A stretch of 64,000 nucleotides of DNA, taken from IMG/VR virus record IMGVR_UViG_3300046832_000578. One strand, written 5' to 3'. The notes below the pieces were generated by a model. That model was not told the origin of the DNA, made no database searches, and saw only the letters and a list, made by a program, of their open reading frames with translations. A program made the position numbers and the translations under genes. Source of the DNA: a virus. Of the stretch, positions 19,619 through 30,228 are shown piece after piece (the first letter of the stretch is position 1; each line of letters opens with the position of its first letter).

Positions 19619-22498
19619 ATGACAACATCGTCATCTTTAATTAAAACCATTCTGCACAAATCATTGGCAGAGGGTGTCTACAGAGATGTAGTAACAAGAA
19701 GTTCAAACTATTATTACTATCTTGGTAAGACATTGTCATGGACAGATGAATTGAATCCTCCATATCCAATTGATAGTTATGCATATGAACGCAATGCTCG
19801 ATCTGAAATTATTACAATGAAACAAATTGGTCCATCTGATGTATCATTTGTTATTCCAAGAAGAAATTGGACTTCAAATACAATTTATGATATGTATGAC
19901 GATGAATACTGTAATGAAATTTTAGGCATTAATATTATTTCTGGTGGCACTGGATTTACTTCTTTGCCGACTATTACTATATCAGGTGGTGGTGGCACAG
20001 GTGCTTCTTACACTCCAGTAGTTTTAGATGGTCAAATTATTGATGTGGATTTTGTATCAAGAGGAACAGGATATACTTCTACTCCTACAGTTACAGTGAC
20101 TGGCGGAGGTGGTGTTGGCGCAAACTTACAGGCAGTTTTAAATTTAGCATACTCTGGTGAAAATAATCTTGAAGATGCTAGTTTTTATGTTATGACAGAT
20201 GACTTCAATGTGTATAAATGTCTTGATAATAATCTAAATGCTGCATCAACAGTTAAACCTACTGGAACTTCTGTTTCTCCAATATCAACATCAGATGGTT
20301 ATATTTGGAAATACATGTATAATGTCCCTATTAATTTAAGGGGTAAATTTTTAAATGACCAACAGATTCCTGTAGTTTCCGCACTAACTAATCAATTTTA
20401 TTCTAATGGTACTGTTGATAGTGTAATTATTAATAATAAAGGTTCTGGGTATACTACAGCAACTATTACAGTTTCAGGTGATGGTTCTCGTGAAGAAGAT
20501 CCTATTTTTGTAAATGCTGTAACTGTATCTAATGCTGGCACTAATTATACTTCTGCTCCAACAGTAACTTTTAGCGATCCAGTTTCTGATGCGTCATCAT
20601 TTATTTCTGGGGCAACGGTATTTCTTGGACAAAGAATTTACAATAGTGTATTTGACTTTTATGAAATTACTGCGCCAGGAACTTTATCGTCTTCTGAACC
20701 TACGCATAGACTTGGCATAGTTCAAAATGGTACAGCAGCATTAAAATTTGTTGGTACCAGAGCAAAGGGAACTGCTTCGATGACTGTACCAACTCTTTCA
20801 GGAGTTGTTATTGCAGGCACAGCTGGTCAATTTACTTGTACTGCAACTACTTTATCGGTTGGTCATTTAATTGCTATTTCTGGAACATTTGGTGGCACTG
20901 GTAGCATTACTGGGTATTCAAATCCAACTACATATAAAGTTTCTGCTATTACTGGTTCTGGTTCTTCTGTAACAGGGTTTACTTTAACCACTACTGCTGA
21001 TGTTGCCATTGTTACTACTGCAGGAACTCCAACTGGCTTAACATATTCTAATACTTCAAGACAGAGTGTTAATACAGTAAGTTTAACTGGTGCAGTCAGA
21101 GAGATTAATTTAACCACTGGTGGATCTGGTTATACTACAGCACCAACAATTACATTTTCTGGTGGTGGTGGTTCTGCTGCAGTAGCATCTGCCAAAATGA
21201 ATGCTATTACTGGTTCTGTTTTATTTGTTAGAGTAACAAATCCAGGTGATAATTATACTAGTGATCCAACAGTAACATTTGGAACTGCATTTCCATTATC
21301 CACTGCAGTTTTAGTTGGTGAACAATATTTCGTTTCGAATAGACTTTATACAATTACAGGTGCTGGCACTACTGCTAGTAGTGCTCCATCTCATACTAGT
21401 GGTTCAGCTACTAGCGGAACTGCAACAGTTGCTTATGCAGGAACTCCAGCAACAGGTTCAGTTGTTCGTAGATTTGGTGCAGGATATTCAACTGTTCCTA
21501 CAGTTTCGTTTAGTGGTGGTAGTGGATCTGGTGCAATTGCAGCAGTTAATGTTTCTAAATCAGACGCTAAACTATACCCAATTTTAGATGCTGGACAAAT
21601 TACTGGTGTTACTGTTGAGAATAGTGGGATTGGTTATAGTACAGCAACTATAGGTGTTTCTGGAGATGGAACTGGAGCTAGTTTATCCGCAGATTTAAAT
21701 GTGGGTAACATTGCATCATTACAAGCCAATAATGAAATTTTAACTACAGCTGGAACTATTAATGCAATTAAATTAATCTCTGGTGGATATGGTTATGGTG
21801 TTGCCACAGTTGCCATACAAGGCGACGGAACTGGTGCAACTGCCACAGCTACTATTAATACTGCCACAGGTCGTATCACTAAAATTAATATTACAAATCC
21901 AGGACAAAATTATACTTTTGCCAACGTGGTAATTACTGGAAATGGTAAAGCTGGTAAAGCCAGAGCAATTATGCCTCCATTTGGTGGACATGGTAAAAAT
22001 GCTCCAGATGAGTTTTTTGCAAGAACATTAATGTTTTACTCTAATGTTTCTAATGACCTAAATCAAGGACTTGAAGTAAATAACGATTATCGTCAATTAG
22101 GAATTATTAAAAACCCAAGAACATATGCAGCAAATACTCGTTTTACAGGAGTGATCGGATCTGCATGTTTCTTAGTACAAGGTGCTATCAATACCTCTTT
22201 CTTTCCTAAAGATACAAATATAACTGTTGATAGAGTTATAGGTGGGACTACTTTTGAGAGAAGATATCGTGTTGTTTCCTCTACATCTACAGCAGCATTA
22301 ATCCAATCTTTAGATAACGATGTTCCTGCAACTAACGACATCTTTACTAATGATGCCACTCAAACATTTACTGCATCTTCAGTATCTAATCCAACAGTGG
22401 ATAAATATTCTGGTCAGCTAATGTTTATTGATAATAAAGCTGGATTTACTCCATCAGATGAAGAGACTGTTACTCTTAGAACTATTATCAAATTCTAA
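19619..22498 (+). CDS. 8: Baseplate wedge subunit gp8, greatly expanded by inserted domains
   Basis: V.PR.NW, FYVMTD.FNVYKCL.N, DGY.WKYMY, GGHG.NA..E, ND.RQ.G...NP, D.YSG...FIDN. Confidence 0.85.
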   Translation: MTTSSSLIKTILHKSLAEGVYRDVVTRSSNYYYYLGKTLSWTDELNPPYPIDSYAYERNARSEIITMKQIGPSDVSFVIPRRNWTSNTIYDMYDDEYCNEILGINIISGGTGFTSLPTITISGGGGTGASYTPVVLDGQIIDVDFVSRGTGYTSTPTVTVTGGGGVGANLQAVLNLAYSGENNLEDASFYVMTDDFNVYKCLDNNLNAASTVKPTGTSVSPISTSDGYIWKYMYNVPINLRGKFLNDQQIPVVSALTNQFYSNGTVDSVIINNKGSGYTTATITVSGDGSREEDPIFVNAVTVSNAGTNYTSAPTVTFSDPVSDASSFISGATVFLGQRIYNSVFDFYEITAPGTLSSSEPTHRLGIVQNGTAALKFVGTRAKGTASMTVPTLSGVVIAGTAGQFTCTATTLSVGHLIAISGTFGGTGSITGYSNPTTYKVSAITGSGSSVTGFTLTTTADVAIVTTAGTPTGLTYSNTSRQSVNTVSLTGAVREINLTTGGSGYTTAPTITFSGGGGSAAVASAKMNAITGSVLFVRVTNPGDNYTSDPTVTFGTAFPLSTAVLVGEQYFVSNRLYTITGAGTTASSAPSHTSGSATSGTATVAYAGTPATGSVVRRFGAGYSTVPTVSFSGGSGSGAIAAVNVSKSDAKLYPILDAGQITGVTVENSGIGYSTATIGVSGDGTGASLSADLNVGNIASLQANNEILTTAGTINAIKLISGGYGYGVATVAIQGDGTGATATATINTATGRITKINITNPGQNYTFANVVITGNGKAGKARAIMPPFGGHGKNAPDEFFARTLMFYSNVSNDLNQGLEVNNDYRQLGIIKNPRTYAANTRFTGVIGSACFLVQGAINTSFFPKDTNITVDRVIGGTTFERRYRVVSSTSTAALIQSLDNDVPATNDIFTNDATQTFTASSVSNPTVDKYSGQLMFIDNKAGFTPSDEETVTLRTIIKF
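20788..21072 (+). repeat. Copy 1 of ~95-aa domain shared with gp18
   Basis: GQFTCT...TTYKVSAITGSG.SVTGFTLTTT.DVAIVTTAGT in gp8. Confidence 0.85.
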
Positions 22499-22506
22499 CA
22501 TAAATA
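22499..22506 (+). promoter_or_regulatory. Late promoter core CATAAATA
   Basis: Intergenic, 30 nt upstream of the large structural gene. Confidence 0.6.
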
Positions 22507-22535
22507 TAGAGAACTAACCGAGAGAAGAATAAAGA

Positions 22536-25500
22536 ATGGCTATTAACTTTAATACCGAACCATATTATGACGACTTCGATGAAACTAAAAAATTCTATCG
22601 AATTCTTTATCGTCCAGCCTATGCAGTTCAAGCACGAGAACTCACTCAAATGCAGACTATTCTGCAGAATCAAATTTCTCGTTTCGGTGACCATGTATTT
22701 AAAGAAGGTGCAATGGTCATTCCTGGACAGGCTGCGATTGATACAAAAATTGGATATGTTAAATTAGAAGCTGCATATGCATCAGTTAATGCAGATACAG
22801 TGGTTGAAGAGTTTGTCGGATTAACGATTCAGAACGCAACTGGTCTACAGGCTGAAGTTATTCATTATGTTAAATCTTCTGGTGCAGATCCAGCTACACT
22901 TTTTGTTCGTTATAAGAATTCTGGAACTAGCACTACAGAAAAAACATTTGCTGCTGGTGATGTTATTTCTGATGTTGATACTACATATACTGTTCAAGCT
23001 GCAGCTTCATCTCCATCTGGTGTAGGTTCTATTGCAACGATTACTCTTGGTGTCTACTATATTAAAGGACATTTTGTCCTTGTAGAACCACAAACTATTG
23101 TTCTTGACAAATACACAAATACTCCATCATATCGTATTGGTTTGGTGGCTGAAGAAGAAATTATTACTGCAGAAGAAGACGAAACATTATATGATAATGC
23201 TCAAAATTCATTTAACTATGCTGCTCCAGGTGCACATCGATACAGCATAACCACAACATTAACTAAACTAACTGATTCAAGCACTGCTGATACAGATTTT
23301 ATTGAGTTAATTCGAACAGAAAATGGACAGGTTAAAAAAGAAACTCGTCGCACAGAGTATTCAGTATTAGAACAAACATTTGCTCGTCGTACATATGACG
23401 AGTCTGGTAACTATACAGTTAAAAACTTTGAAATTGATGTTCGTGAATATCGTAACAATAATCGTGGAGCATGGTCAGCTAGTCGTGTTTATCTAATAGG
23501 CGATGTTGTAACAAATAGTGGAAATACATATGTTGCTAAAAATAGTGGCACATCTGTAGCAACTACTCCACCAACACATACTGCAGGTGCAGTTTTTGAT
23601 GGTCCAGGTAATACTGGTATTCAGTGGGAATACAATATAACTCCTTACTACAATCGTGGGGTTTATTCTCCAGCAAACGCAGACAATCTTGCAACAAATC
23701 AAGCAAATGAGGCAAACCTTGCTATTGGTTTAGAGCCAGGAAAGGCATATGTTCAGGGATATGAAATTGAAAAAACTGCAGCTGAATATGTTACTGTTCC
23801 AAAATCTCGTGACTTTGTTCAAGTAGAAAACGCTGTCATTCCAGCAACAGTTGGTAACTATGTGTTAGTCACTAATGTTAATAGTTTACCACCAGTAGAT
23901 ACTTTTGGTGAAGTTACACTGTATGATAGATTAACATCTTCTGTTGGTACTGCTCCTGCGAGTGCCACAGCAGTTGGTACTGCTCGTGTCCGTTTACTAG
24001 AATGGCACAATGGAACAATCGGTACACAGACTGCTATTTACAAATTAAGTTTATTTGATATTAAAATGAATGGCACTTTTGATTTTGCTCGTAAAGTAAA
24101 ATCATTTTTCTTTAATGTATCAAGTGATGCAAATCTTTCTTTCTCTGCAGATATTGAACCTGTTTTAACTCGTTTGATTGGTTCTGCCACAGCATCATCT
24201 TCTACTACAATTACTGGTAATGGTACTTCTTTCCAAACTGATTTTATTGTTGGAGATGTAGTATCATTTGGTGGAACTAAGCGTCGTATTACAGCGATTG
24301 CTTCACAAGTTTCTATGACTGTCGATAGTTCTACTACTATTACTGGTTCTACTATTGACAGAGTTTCTACAACTGTTTATGAACCAGAAAATACATCCCT
24401 AATTTTTCCATTACCATACTATGCTATTAAAGGTGTTCGTTCATCTGCGTTGGCCAATGATACAATTTATACAGTATATGAAAAGTTTACTGGAACTGCA
24501 ACAGTATCAAGTTCACCTCAATTAACAGTATCAACAGCATCTGGTAACATGGCTTCTGCAGCTGAAACAGATAATTATATTGTTGTTGATAATGATTCTG
24601 GTGCTGGCGGTGCTATTGTGCTACCTACTGGAATTACACCATCAGGATCTAGTGTAACATTTGATCTTAGTTCTACATATTCTGGTAGATCAATGATGGT
24701 TATTGCAGCTGTTAATAAAAGTGGTGCTACTTTAACAGAAAAAACTAAAACGCTGGTAGCTTCTGCAACAGTAGCATTTACCACTCAAGCGACCGCACAA
24801 GATTCTACTCTTTTATTGGGATTTGCTGATGGTTATAGATTAGTATCTGTTAAAATGAAATCAGGAACATTTGCATCTCCAGGTGCAACATATTCTATCG
24901 ATATTTCAGATCGTTATGATTTTGATAATGGTCAAAGAACTACTCATTATGATCAAGCAAGATTAATTCTTAAAAATTCATATGCTCCTCCAGAAGCACC
25001 AATTGAAATAACATTTGATTACTTTACACACTCAACTGGTGATTATTTTACAGTAAATTCATATCCAGCAAATGTAGACTACAAAGCAATTCCATATTAT
25101 CAAGGAATATCATTAAGAGATTCTATTGATTTTCGCCCAAGAATAAACGATGCTGGAACTGGGTTTTCATCAACAGGGTCTTCCGTTTCTTTAGTGCCAA
25201 AACGTGGTATTGATGTTGTCACAGACTTTACATACTATTTGGCACGCAGATCTAAAATTGCTGTAGATTTGGGTGGCAACTTCTTTAATATTGATGGCAT
25301 CTCTTCATTAAATCCAGGAGAGCCATTAGATCCTGCACTTGGTTTAGTTTTATATAATTTAAATCTAGAGCCATATACTTTTGGTACAAATAGTAACAAT
25401 GTTCAAGTTGGTCGTATTGACAATAAACGATACACAATGCGTGATATTGGTAAACTTGAAAAACGAATTGATAATCTAGAATACTATACATCACTATCCT

Positions 25501-28500
25501 TACTAGAACAACAAACTGAATCTCTTGATATTATTGACTCTAATGGTGATAGTAGATTTAAAAATGGATTTATTGTAGATGGATTCACAGGACATAATAC
25601 TGGTGATAGCCTTTCACCAGACTATGTATGTTCTATTGATATGGAAAACGCAGAACTTCGTCCTTTCTACAGTCAACAAAATATTAATTTACTAGAAAAA
25701 AATTCTAGTGATGCTAATCGTCTATCAAGTAATTACAAGTTATATGGTGATGTTATCACCTTACCGCTTGATACAACGACTCCACATGTTAAATTAATAG
25801 AACAACCCTACGCTACTCGTTTAGAAAATATTAATCCATTTGCAGTATTTACTTTCTTGGGTGATGTTAAAATTAATCCATCTTCCGATGATTGGTTTGA
25901 AGTAGATCGTCGTCCAGATTTAGTTATTGATATTGAAGGTAATTATAGCACAATCAAAAATATTGCTGAGAAAAAAGGTGTTCTTGGAACTGTTTGGAAT
26001 GCATGGCAAAATACTTGGTCTGGAACAAGTGTAAATACTGGTCGCACAAAATTTACATTTGGTAATGAATGGGCATCTGGTTTTGGTGATGTTCGTTTAT
26101 CACGAGCAGAAGTTCAAGCTAGATTTGGTATTGCTGAGTGGGGTAATGCTCGCCAGATTACTGTAGAATCTACAGCGACACAAGTTGGTCAATCAAGAAC
26201 TGGTGTTAAAACATCATTAGTCACAAAAATTGATAGACAAGTAGTTGGAGATCGTGTACTACAAACTGCTGCAATTCCTTACATTAGATCTAGAAATGTT
26301 TTAATTCAAGTACAAAAACTAAAACCAAACACTCGTTTTTATCCGTTCTTTGATAATATTGATATTTCTTCTTATGTTACCCCTGCAACTAAAATGGTAT
26401 ACACTCCAGTTGCAGGTACATTTAATACTGACGTCAATGTAGGTGGTCTGGCATCAGGCTCTGCTCGTCGCATTAATGGGGATTCCCAAGTATGTTTAAA
26501 TCGTGGTGATGTTATTACTGGTGGAACATCTGGTGCGACTGCAGTTGTAGTCGGTAAAGATTTTAATGCAGATACCAATGCGTATGCATTATATGTTGTC
26601 AATATTATTGGAACATTTACTAGTACTGAAACCATTACTGGATCTGTTTCTGCAGCCACTGGTACTGTTGGTACAATAACAACTGGTTCTCTTGGTGGTA
26701 ATTTGGTCACCAACTTTAATGGTGACATACAGTTACTGTTTAACATTCCAAATACCGATGCGTTGAGATTCCGTTGCGGTACTCGTGAATTTAAACTTAT
26801 TGATACATCAACAGCTACTGGAGAATTTACTTCTCGTGGTCGTGGAAATTATCGTGCTGAAGGTATTTTAGAAACTCGTCAACAAACAGTTCACTCAGTT
26901 CGTAATGCAGAGTTAGTAGAAGAACAACTTTCAGAAAATCAAGTTATTATTCAAACATCAGATCGTATTGTTGCTGATACTGGCTGGTGGGATCCTCTTG
27001 CTCAAACATTTTTAATTGAGCAAAAGGGTGGTTGTTTCTTATCTAAAGTAGATATTTTCTTTGCAACTAAAGACGATAAAATTCCAGTTATGTTGGAAAT
27101 TCGTGAAGTTGTGAATGGGTATCCTGGAAAACGTGTTTTACCATTTAGTCGTGTCACATTAAAACCAGAAAATGTCAATCTTTCTGCTACTACTGTAACA
27201 CTTGATGGCGTATCAGTTAATAAGTATGATACTGCCACAACATTTACGTTCCCTTCTCCTGTATATGTTCAAGAGAATACAGAGTATGCAATTATATTGG
27301 CATCTGACTCAAATGCGTATAAAGTTTGGATCTCTCAAGTTGGTGAACAAATGCCAGGAAGTGCTCGTACTGTTTCTGAGCAACCATATCTTGGTTCTTT
27401 ATTTAAATCACAAAACGCATCTACTTGGACAGCTGATCAAACACAAGATTTAAAATTTGTTTTATATCGTGCTAAATTTAGAACTGATGTTGTGGCTAAT
27501 GTTGAATATGTAAATGATTTAATACCTCTTCAAGTATTAGGATTAGACCCATTTGAAGTAAGAAATGGTCAAACAAAAGTTCGTGTGTACCAAGATAATC
27601 ATGGTGTTCCATCTGGAACTCGTGTAACTATAAGTGGTGTTGCTGCAGCAGTAAATGGTGTTCCATCTGCACAACTAAATGCGACACATGTTATTAGTGA
27701 TGTAGATTTAGACTCTTATTGTATTACTGTAGCCACTGCTGCAACTTCCTCTGGTTATGGTGGTGGTTCTGGTATTAAAGCTACAAGAAATCTACAATAC
27801 GATGCAGTGCAACCTGCGGTTCAACTTCAAACATTCTCTGAAACTCAAGTCGATTTCGGAATTAAAACTACTACTGGTAAATCTGTAGATTCAACTTCGC
27901 AAACTCCATATGTAGAAGATGCAGCATTTAGTGGCATTCTTGCAAATGAAACTAACTATTTTACTGCTCCAAGAATGGTTGCCTCTGAGGTTAATGAAAC
28001 TAATTCATTGGGTGGGAACAAATCTGTAACTATGAATGCTACATTTAGTAGTACAAATAATGCATTGTCACCAATTCTTGATACACATCGTACAAGTATG
28101 TATTTGATTAGTAATAAAATTAATGAACCTTCCGAAACTAATATGAATGTGTCAGGACTTGATGATAATGTTATCTTAAGTGCTCTCTCTGGTGTTACTG
28201 TTTCAGGAAATCAAATTACTACTTCTACTAGAAATGCGCAATTTAAAACAGCAACTGTTGGTAAGTATCTTACAATCGCTGGGGCATCTTCTGGATCAAG
28301 CACTCGTTTAATTACTGCTGTTGCTTCAGATGGTAGTTCTATTACTTTCTCTGCAGCACCAGCTGCAATTACTGGTGACGCAACTTTAACTCAGCGTGAA
28401 CGATTCGTTGATGAGATCGCACCGATTGAGTCATCAACTTTTAGTAAATATGTAACTAAGACTGTCAGATTGGCAAATCCATCCAACTTCTTAAGAGTTC

Positions 28501-28781
28501 GTTTCGCTGTTAATTTACCAGCAGAAGCGTCAGTTGAAGTTTATTACAAAACTGCCGTTGTTGGATCTACTGCATCCTTTGATTCTGTGCCATATACTTT
28601 AATGACAGTAGATGCACCTATTCCTAACTTTAGTAATGGAACAGAAAGATTTGTTGATGCTAGTTTTTCTGAAAATGACATGGATGGATTCGATGCAATT
28701 AAGTTAAAATTAGTTATGAAATCAGATAATAGTTCTGAAGTTCCAAGAATTAAAGATCTTCGTGTAATAGCGTGTGCATAA
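22536..28781 (+). CDS. Large virion structural protein (DUF4815 / VrlC-like)
   Basis: N..PYYDDF...K.FYRIL.RP..AVQARELTQ.Q.ILQNQ; APGAHR; RYTMRDIG.LE.RI..LEYYT.L; DPLAQTF; GSLFKSQNASTW; P..KDLR.IA. Confidence 0.88.
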   Translation: MAINFNTEPYYDDFDETKKFYRILYRPAYAVQARELTQMQTILQNQISRFGDHVFKEGAMVIPGQAAIDTKIGYVKLEAAYASVNADTVVEEFVGLTIQNATGLQAEVIHYVKSSGADPATLFVRYKNSGTSTTEKTFAAGDVISDVDTTYTVQAAASSPSGVGSIATITLGVYYIKGHFVLVEPQTIVLDKYTNTPSYRIGLVAEEEIITAEEDETLYDNAQNSFNYAAPGAHRYSITTTLTKLTDSSTADTDFIELIRTENGQVKKETRRTEYSVLEQTFARRTYDESGNYTVKNFEIDVREYRNNNRGAWSASRVYLIGDVVTNSGNTYVAKNSGTSVATTPPTHTAGAVFDGPGNTGIQWEYNITPYYNRGVYSPANADNLATNQANEANLAIGLEPGKAYVQGYEIEKTAAEYVTVPKSRDFVQVENAVIPATVGNYVLVTNVNSLPPVDTFGEVTLYDRLTSSVGTAPASATAVGTARVRLLEWHNGTIGTQTAIYKLSLFDIKMNGTFDFARKVKSFFFNVSSDANLSFSADIEPVLTRLIGSATASSSTTITGNGTSFQTDFIVGDVVSFGGTKRRITAIASQVSMTVDSSTTITGSTIDRVSTTVYEPENTSLIFPLPYYAIKGVRSSALANDTIYTVYEKFTGTATVSSSPQLTVSTASGNMASAAETDNYIVVDNDSGAGGAIVLPTGITPSGSSVTFDLSSTYSGRSMMVIAAVNKSGATLTEKTKTLVASATVAFTTQATAQDSTLLLGFADGYRLVSVKMKSGTFASPGATYSIDISDRYDFDNGQRTTHYDQARLILKNSYAPPEAPIEITFDYFTHSTGDYFTVNSYPANVDYKAIPYYQGISLRDSIDFRPRINDAGTGFSSTGSSVSLVPKRGIDVVTDFTYYLARRSKIAVDLGGNFFNIDGISSLNPGEPLDPALGLVLYNLNLEPYTFGTNSNNVQVGRIDNKRYTMRDIGKLEKRIDNLEYYTSLSLLEQQTESLDIIDSNGDSRFKNGFIVDGFTGHNTGDSLSPDYVCSIDMENAELRPFYSQQNINLLEKNSSDANRLSSNYKLYGDVITLPLDTTTPHVKLIEQPYATRLENINPFAVFTFLGDVKINPSSDDWFEVDRRPDLVIDIEGNYSTIKNIAEKKGVLGTVWNAWQNTWSGTSVNTGRTKFTFGNEWASGFGDVRLSRAEVQARFGIAEWGNARQITVESTATQVGQSRTGVKTSLVTKIDRQVVGDRVLQTAAIPYIRSRNVLIQVQKLKPNTRFYPFFDNIDISSYVTPATKMVYTPVAGTFNTDVNVGGLASGSARRINGDSQVCLNRGDVITGGTSGATAVVVGKDFNADTNAYALYVVNIIGTFTSTETITGSVSAATGTVGTITTGSLGGNLVTNFNGDIQLLFNIPNTDALRFRCGTREFKLIDTSTATGEFTSRGRGNYRAEGILETRQQTVHSVRNAELVEEQLSENQVIIQTSDRIVADTGWWDPLAQTFLIEQKGGCFLSKVDIFFATKDDKIPVMLEIREVVNGYPGKRVLPFSRVTLKPENVNLSATTVTLDGVSVNKYDTATTFTFPSPVYVQENTEYAIILASDSNAYKVWISQVGEQMPGSARTVSEQPYLGSLFKSQNASTWTADQTQDLKFVLYRAKFRTDVVANVEYVNDLIPLQVLGLDPFEVRNGQTKVRVYQDNHGVPSGTRVTISGVAAAVNGVPSAQLNATHVISDVDLDSYCITVATAATSSGYGGGSGIKATRNLQYDAVQPAVQLQTFSETQVDFGIKTTTGKSVDSTSQTPYVEDAAFSGILANETNYFTAPRMVASEVNETNSLGGNKSVTMNATFSSTNNALSPILDTHRTSMYLISNKINEPSETNMNVSGLDDNVILSALSGVTVSGNQITTSTRNAQFKTATVGKYLTIAGASSGSSTRLITAVASDGSSITFSAAPAAITGDATLTQRERFVDEIAPIESSTFSKYVTKTVRLANPSNFLRVRFAVNLPAEASVEVYYKTAVVGSTASFDSVPYTLMTVDAPIPNFSNGTERFVDASFSENDMDGFDAIKLKLVMKSDNSSEVPRIKDLRVIACA

Positions 28782-29008
28782 TGGAATTTGTTAAAATACA
28801 AGATAGTGATAGTTTGGTTAGAGATTTGTCTAGTGGTGCAGTAATAAATACTAATACAACAGACTATCAAAACTATCTTGCTAGAAAAAATTCTTCTAAA
28901 GATATGAAACAACAAATTAAACAAAATGCTGATAAGATCAAACAGATTGAATCAGATGTGTCAGAGATTAAGCAATTGCTTATTACTCTTATTAATAAGG
29001 AACGATAA
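28781..29008 (+). CDS. Small conserved phage protein (coiled-coil)
   Basis: L.RD..SGA.INT...Y..Y motif, commonly found after VrlC-like genes; TAATG coupling. Confidence 0.75.
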   Translation: MEFVKIQDSDSLVRDLSSGAVINTNTTDYQNYLARKNSSKDMKQQIKQNADKIKQIESDVSEIKQLLITLINKER

Positions 29009-30222
29009 TGGCAGTAATCGTATTACGATCAGTTAAAGGCAGTCCGCTTACGATTGCAGAGGCAGATGCTAATTTTACCAATCTAAACACTGAGGTTGGA
29101 ACTAAACTAGATGCTGCAACTTATACTGCAGCAGATGTTTTAACTAAACTTCTTACTGTTGACGGATCAGGATCTGGTATAGATGCTGATTTACTAGATG
29201 GTAGAAACTCTTCAACATCAAATACGGTAAATACTGTTGTTCACAGAGATAGTTCTGGTAACTTCTCTGCAGGAACTATTACTGCAACTTTGGTTGGAAA
29301 TGTCACAGGAAACCTCACAGGTAATGTAACTGGAACTGTTTCTGGTAATGCAACCAATGTGGATGGTACTGTAGCAATAAACAATGGTGGCACAGGTGCT
29401 ACTACTGCAGCAAACGCTAGAACAAATCTAGGTTTGGACACTATGGCAACTCAAGCATCTAACAGTGTATCAATCACTGGTGGTTCTATTGCTGGAATTA
29501 CAGACTTAGCGATTGCTGATGGTGGCACTGGTGCGAGCACTGTTGCTCAAGCAAGAACAAATCTTGGATTGGTTCTTGGTTCAGATGTTCAACCATTTTC
29601 CAATAACTTAACAGCACTCGCTGCTATAACAACTCATGGTCTGTTTGTTAAAGATACTGCAGGTACAGCAATAACAAGAAGTATTGCAGGTAGCACTTCT
29701 ATAACAGTAACTAATGGTGATGCAGTTTCTGGCAATCCTACTATTGCATTATCAAGCACACCTGAAGTTTCTGCACTTATTAAAACAGGAACTAATGGCT
29801 CTGGTAATATCGGTCAAACTGGCAATCGTTTCGGCACTATTTTTGGAACTGCAACTACTGCTCAATATGCTGACTTGGCAGAAAAATATACAACTGATGT
29901 AGAGTATGAAGCAGGAACTGTATTGGCAGTAGCAATCAATGGTAATGCAGAAGCAACTCAAACATGGCAGTCTGGACAAAGAGTTCTTGGTGTTATTTCT
30001 ACTAATCCAGCATTTTTAATGAATGATGAAGCAGATGGTCAAGCCATTGCACTTCGTGGTCGTGTTCCAGTTAAAGTAGTTGGTCCAATTCGTAAAGGAC
30101 AACCACTAATCTGTAATCAAGATGGTAAGGGCATATATGGTGATACTAGCAATTCATTTGCAATAGCATTAGAAACAAATGACGATGTTAATGTTAAACT
30201 TGTTGAATGTGTAATTTTATAA
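29008..30222 (+). CDS. Tail fibre protein with C-terminal peptidase G2-like intramolecular chaperone
   Basis: DADLLDG; GGTGA.T...AR.NLGL repeats; AQYADLAEKY, GV.ST.PA.LMN, ALRGRVPVKV.G. Confidence 0.8.
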   Translation: MAVIVLRSVKGSPLTIAEADANFTNLNTEVGTKLDAATYTAADVLTKLLTVDGSGSGIDADLLDGRNSSTSNTVNTVVHRDSSGNFSAGTITATLVGNVTGNLTGNVTGTVSGNATNVDGTVAINNGGTGATTAANARTNLGLDTMATQASNSVSITGGSIAGITDLAIADGGTGASTVAQARTNLGLVLGSDVQPFSNNLTALAAITTHGLFVKDTAGTAITRSIAGSTSITVTNGDAVSGNPTIALSSTPEVSALIKTGTNGSGNIGQTGNRFGTIFGTATTAQYADLAEKYTTDVEYEAGTVLAVAINGNAEATQTWQSGQRVLGVISTNPAFLMNDEADGQAIALRGRVPVKVVGPIRKGQPLICNQDGKGIYGDTSNSFAIALETNDDVNVKLVECVIL

Positions 30223-30228
30223 TGCTTC

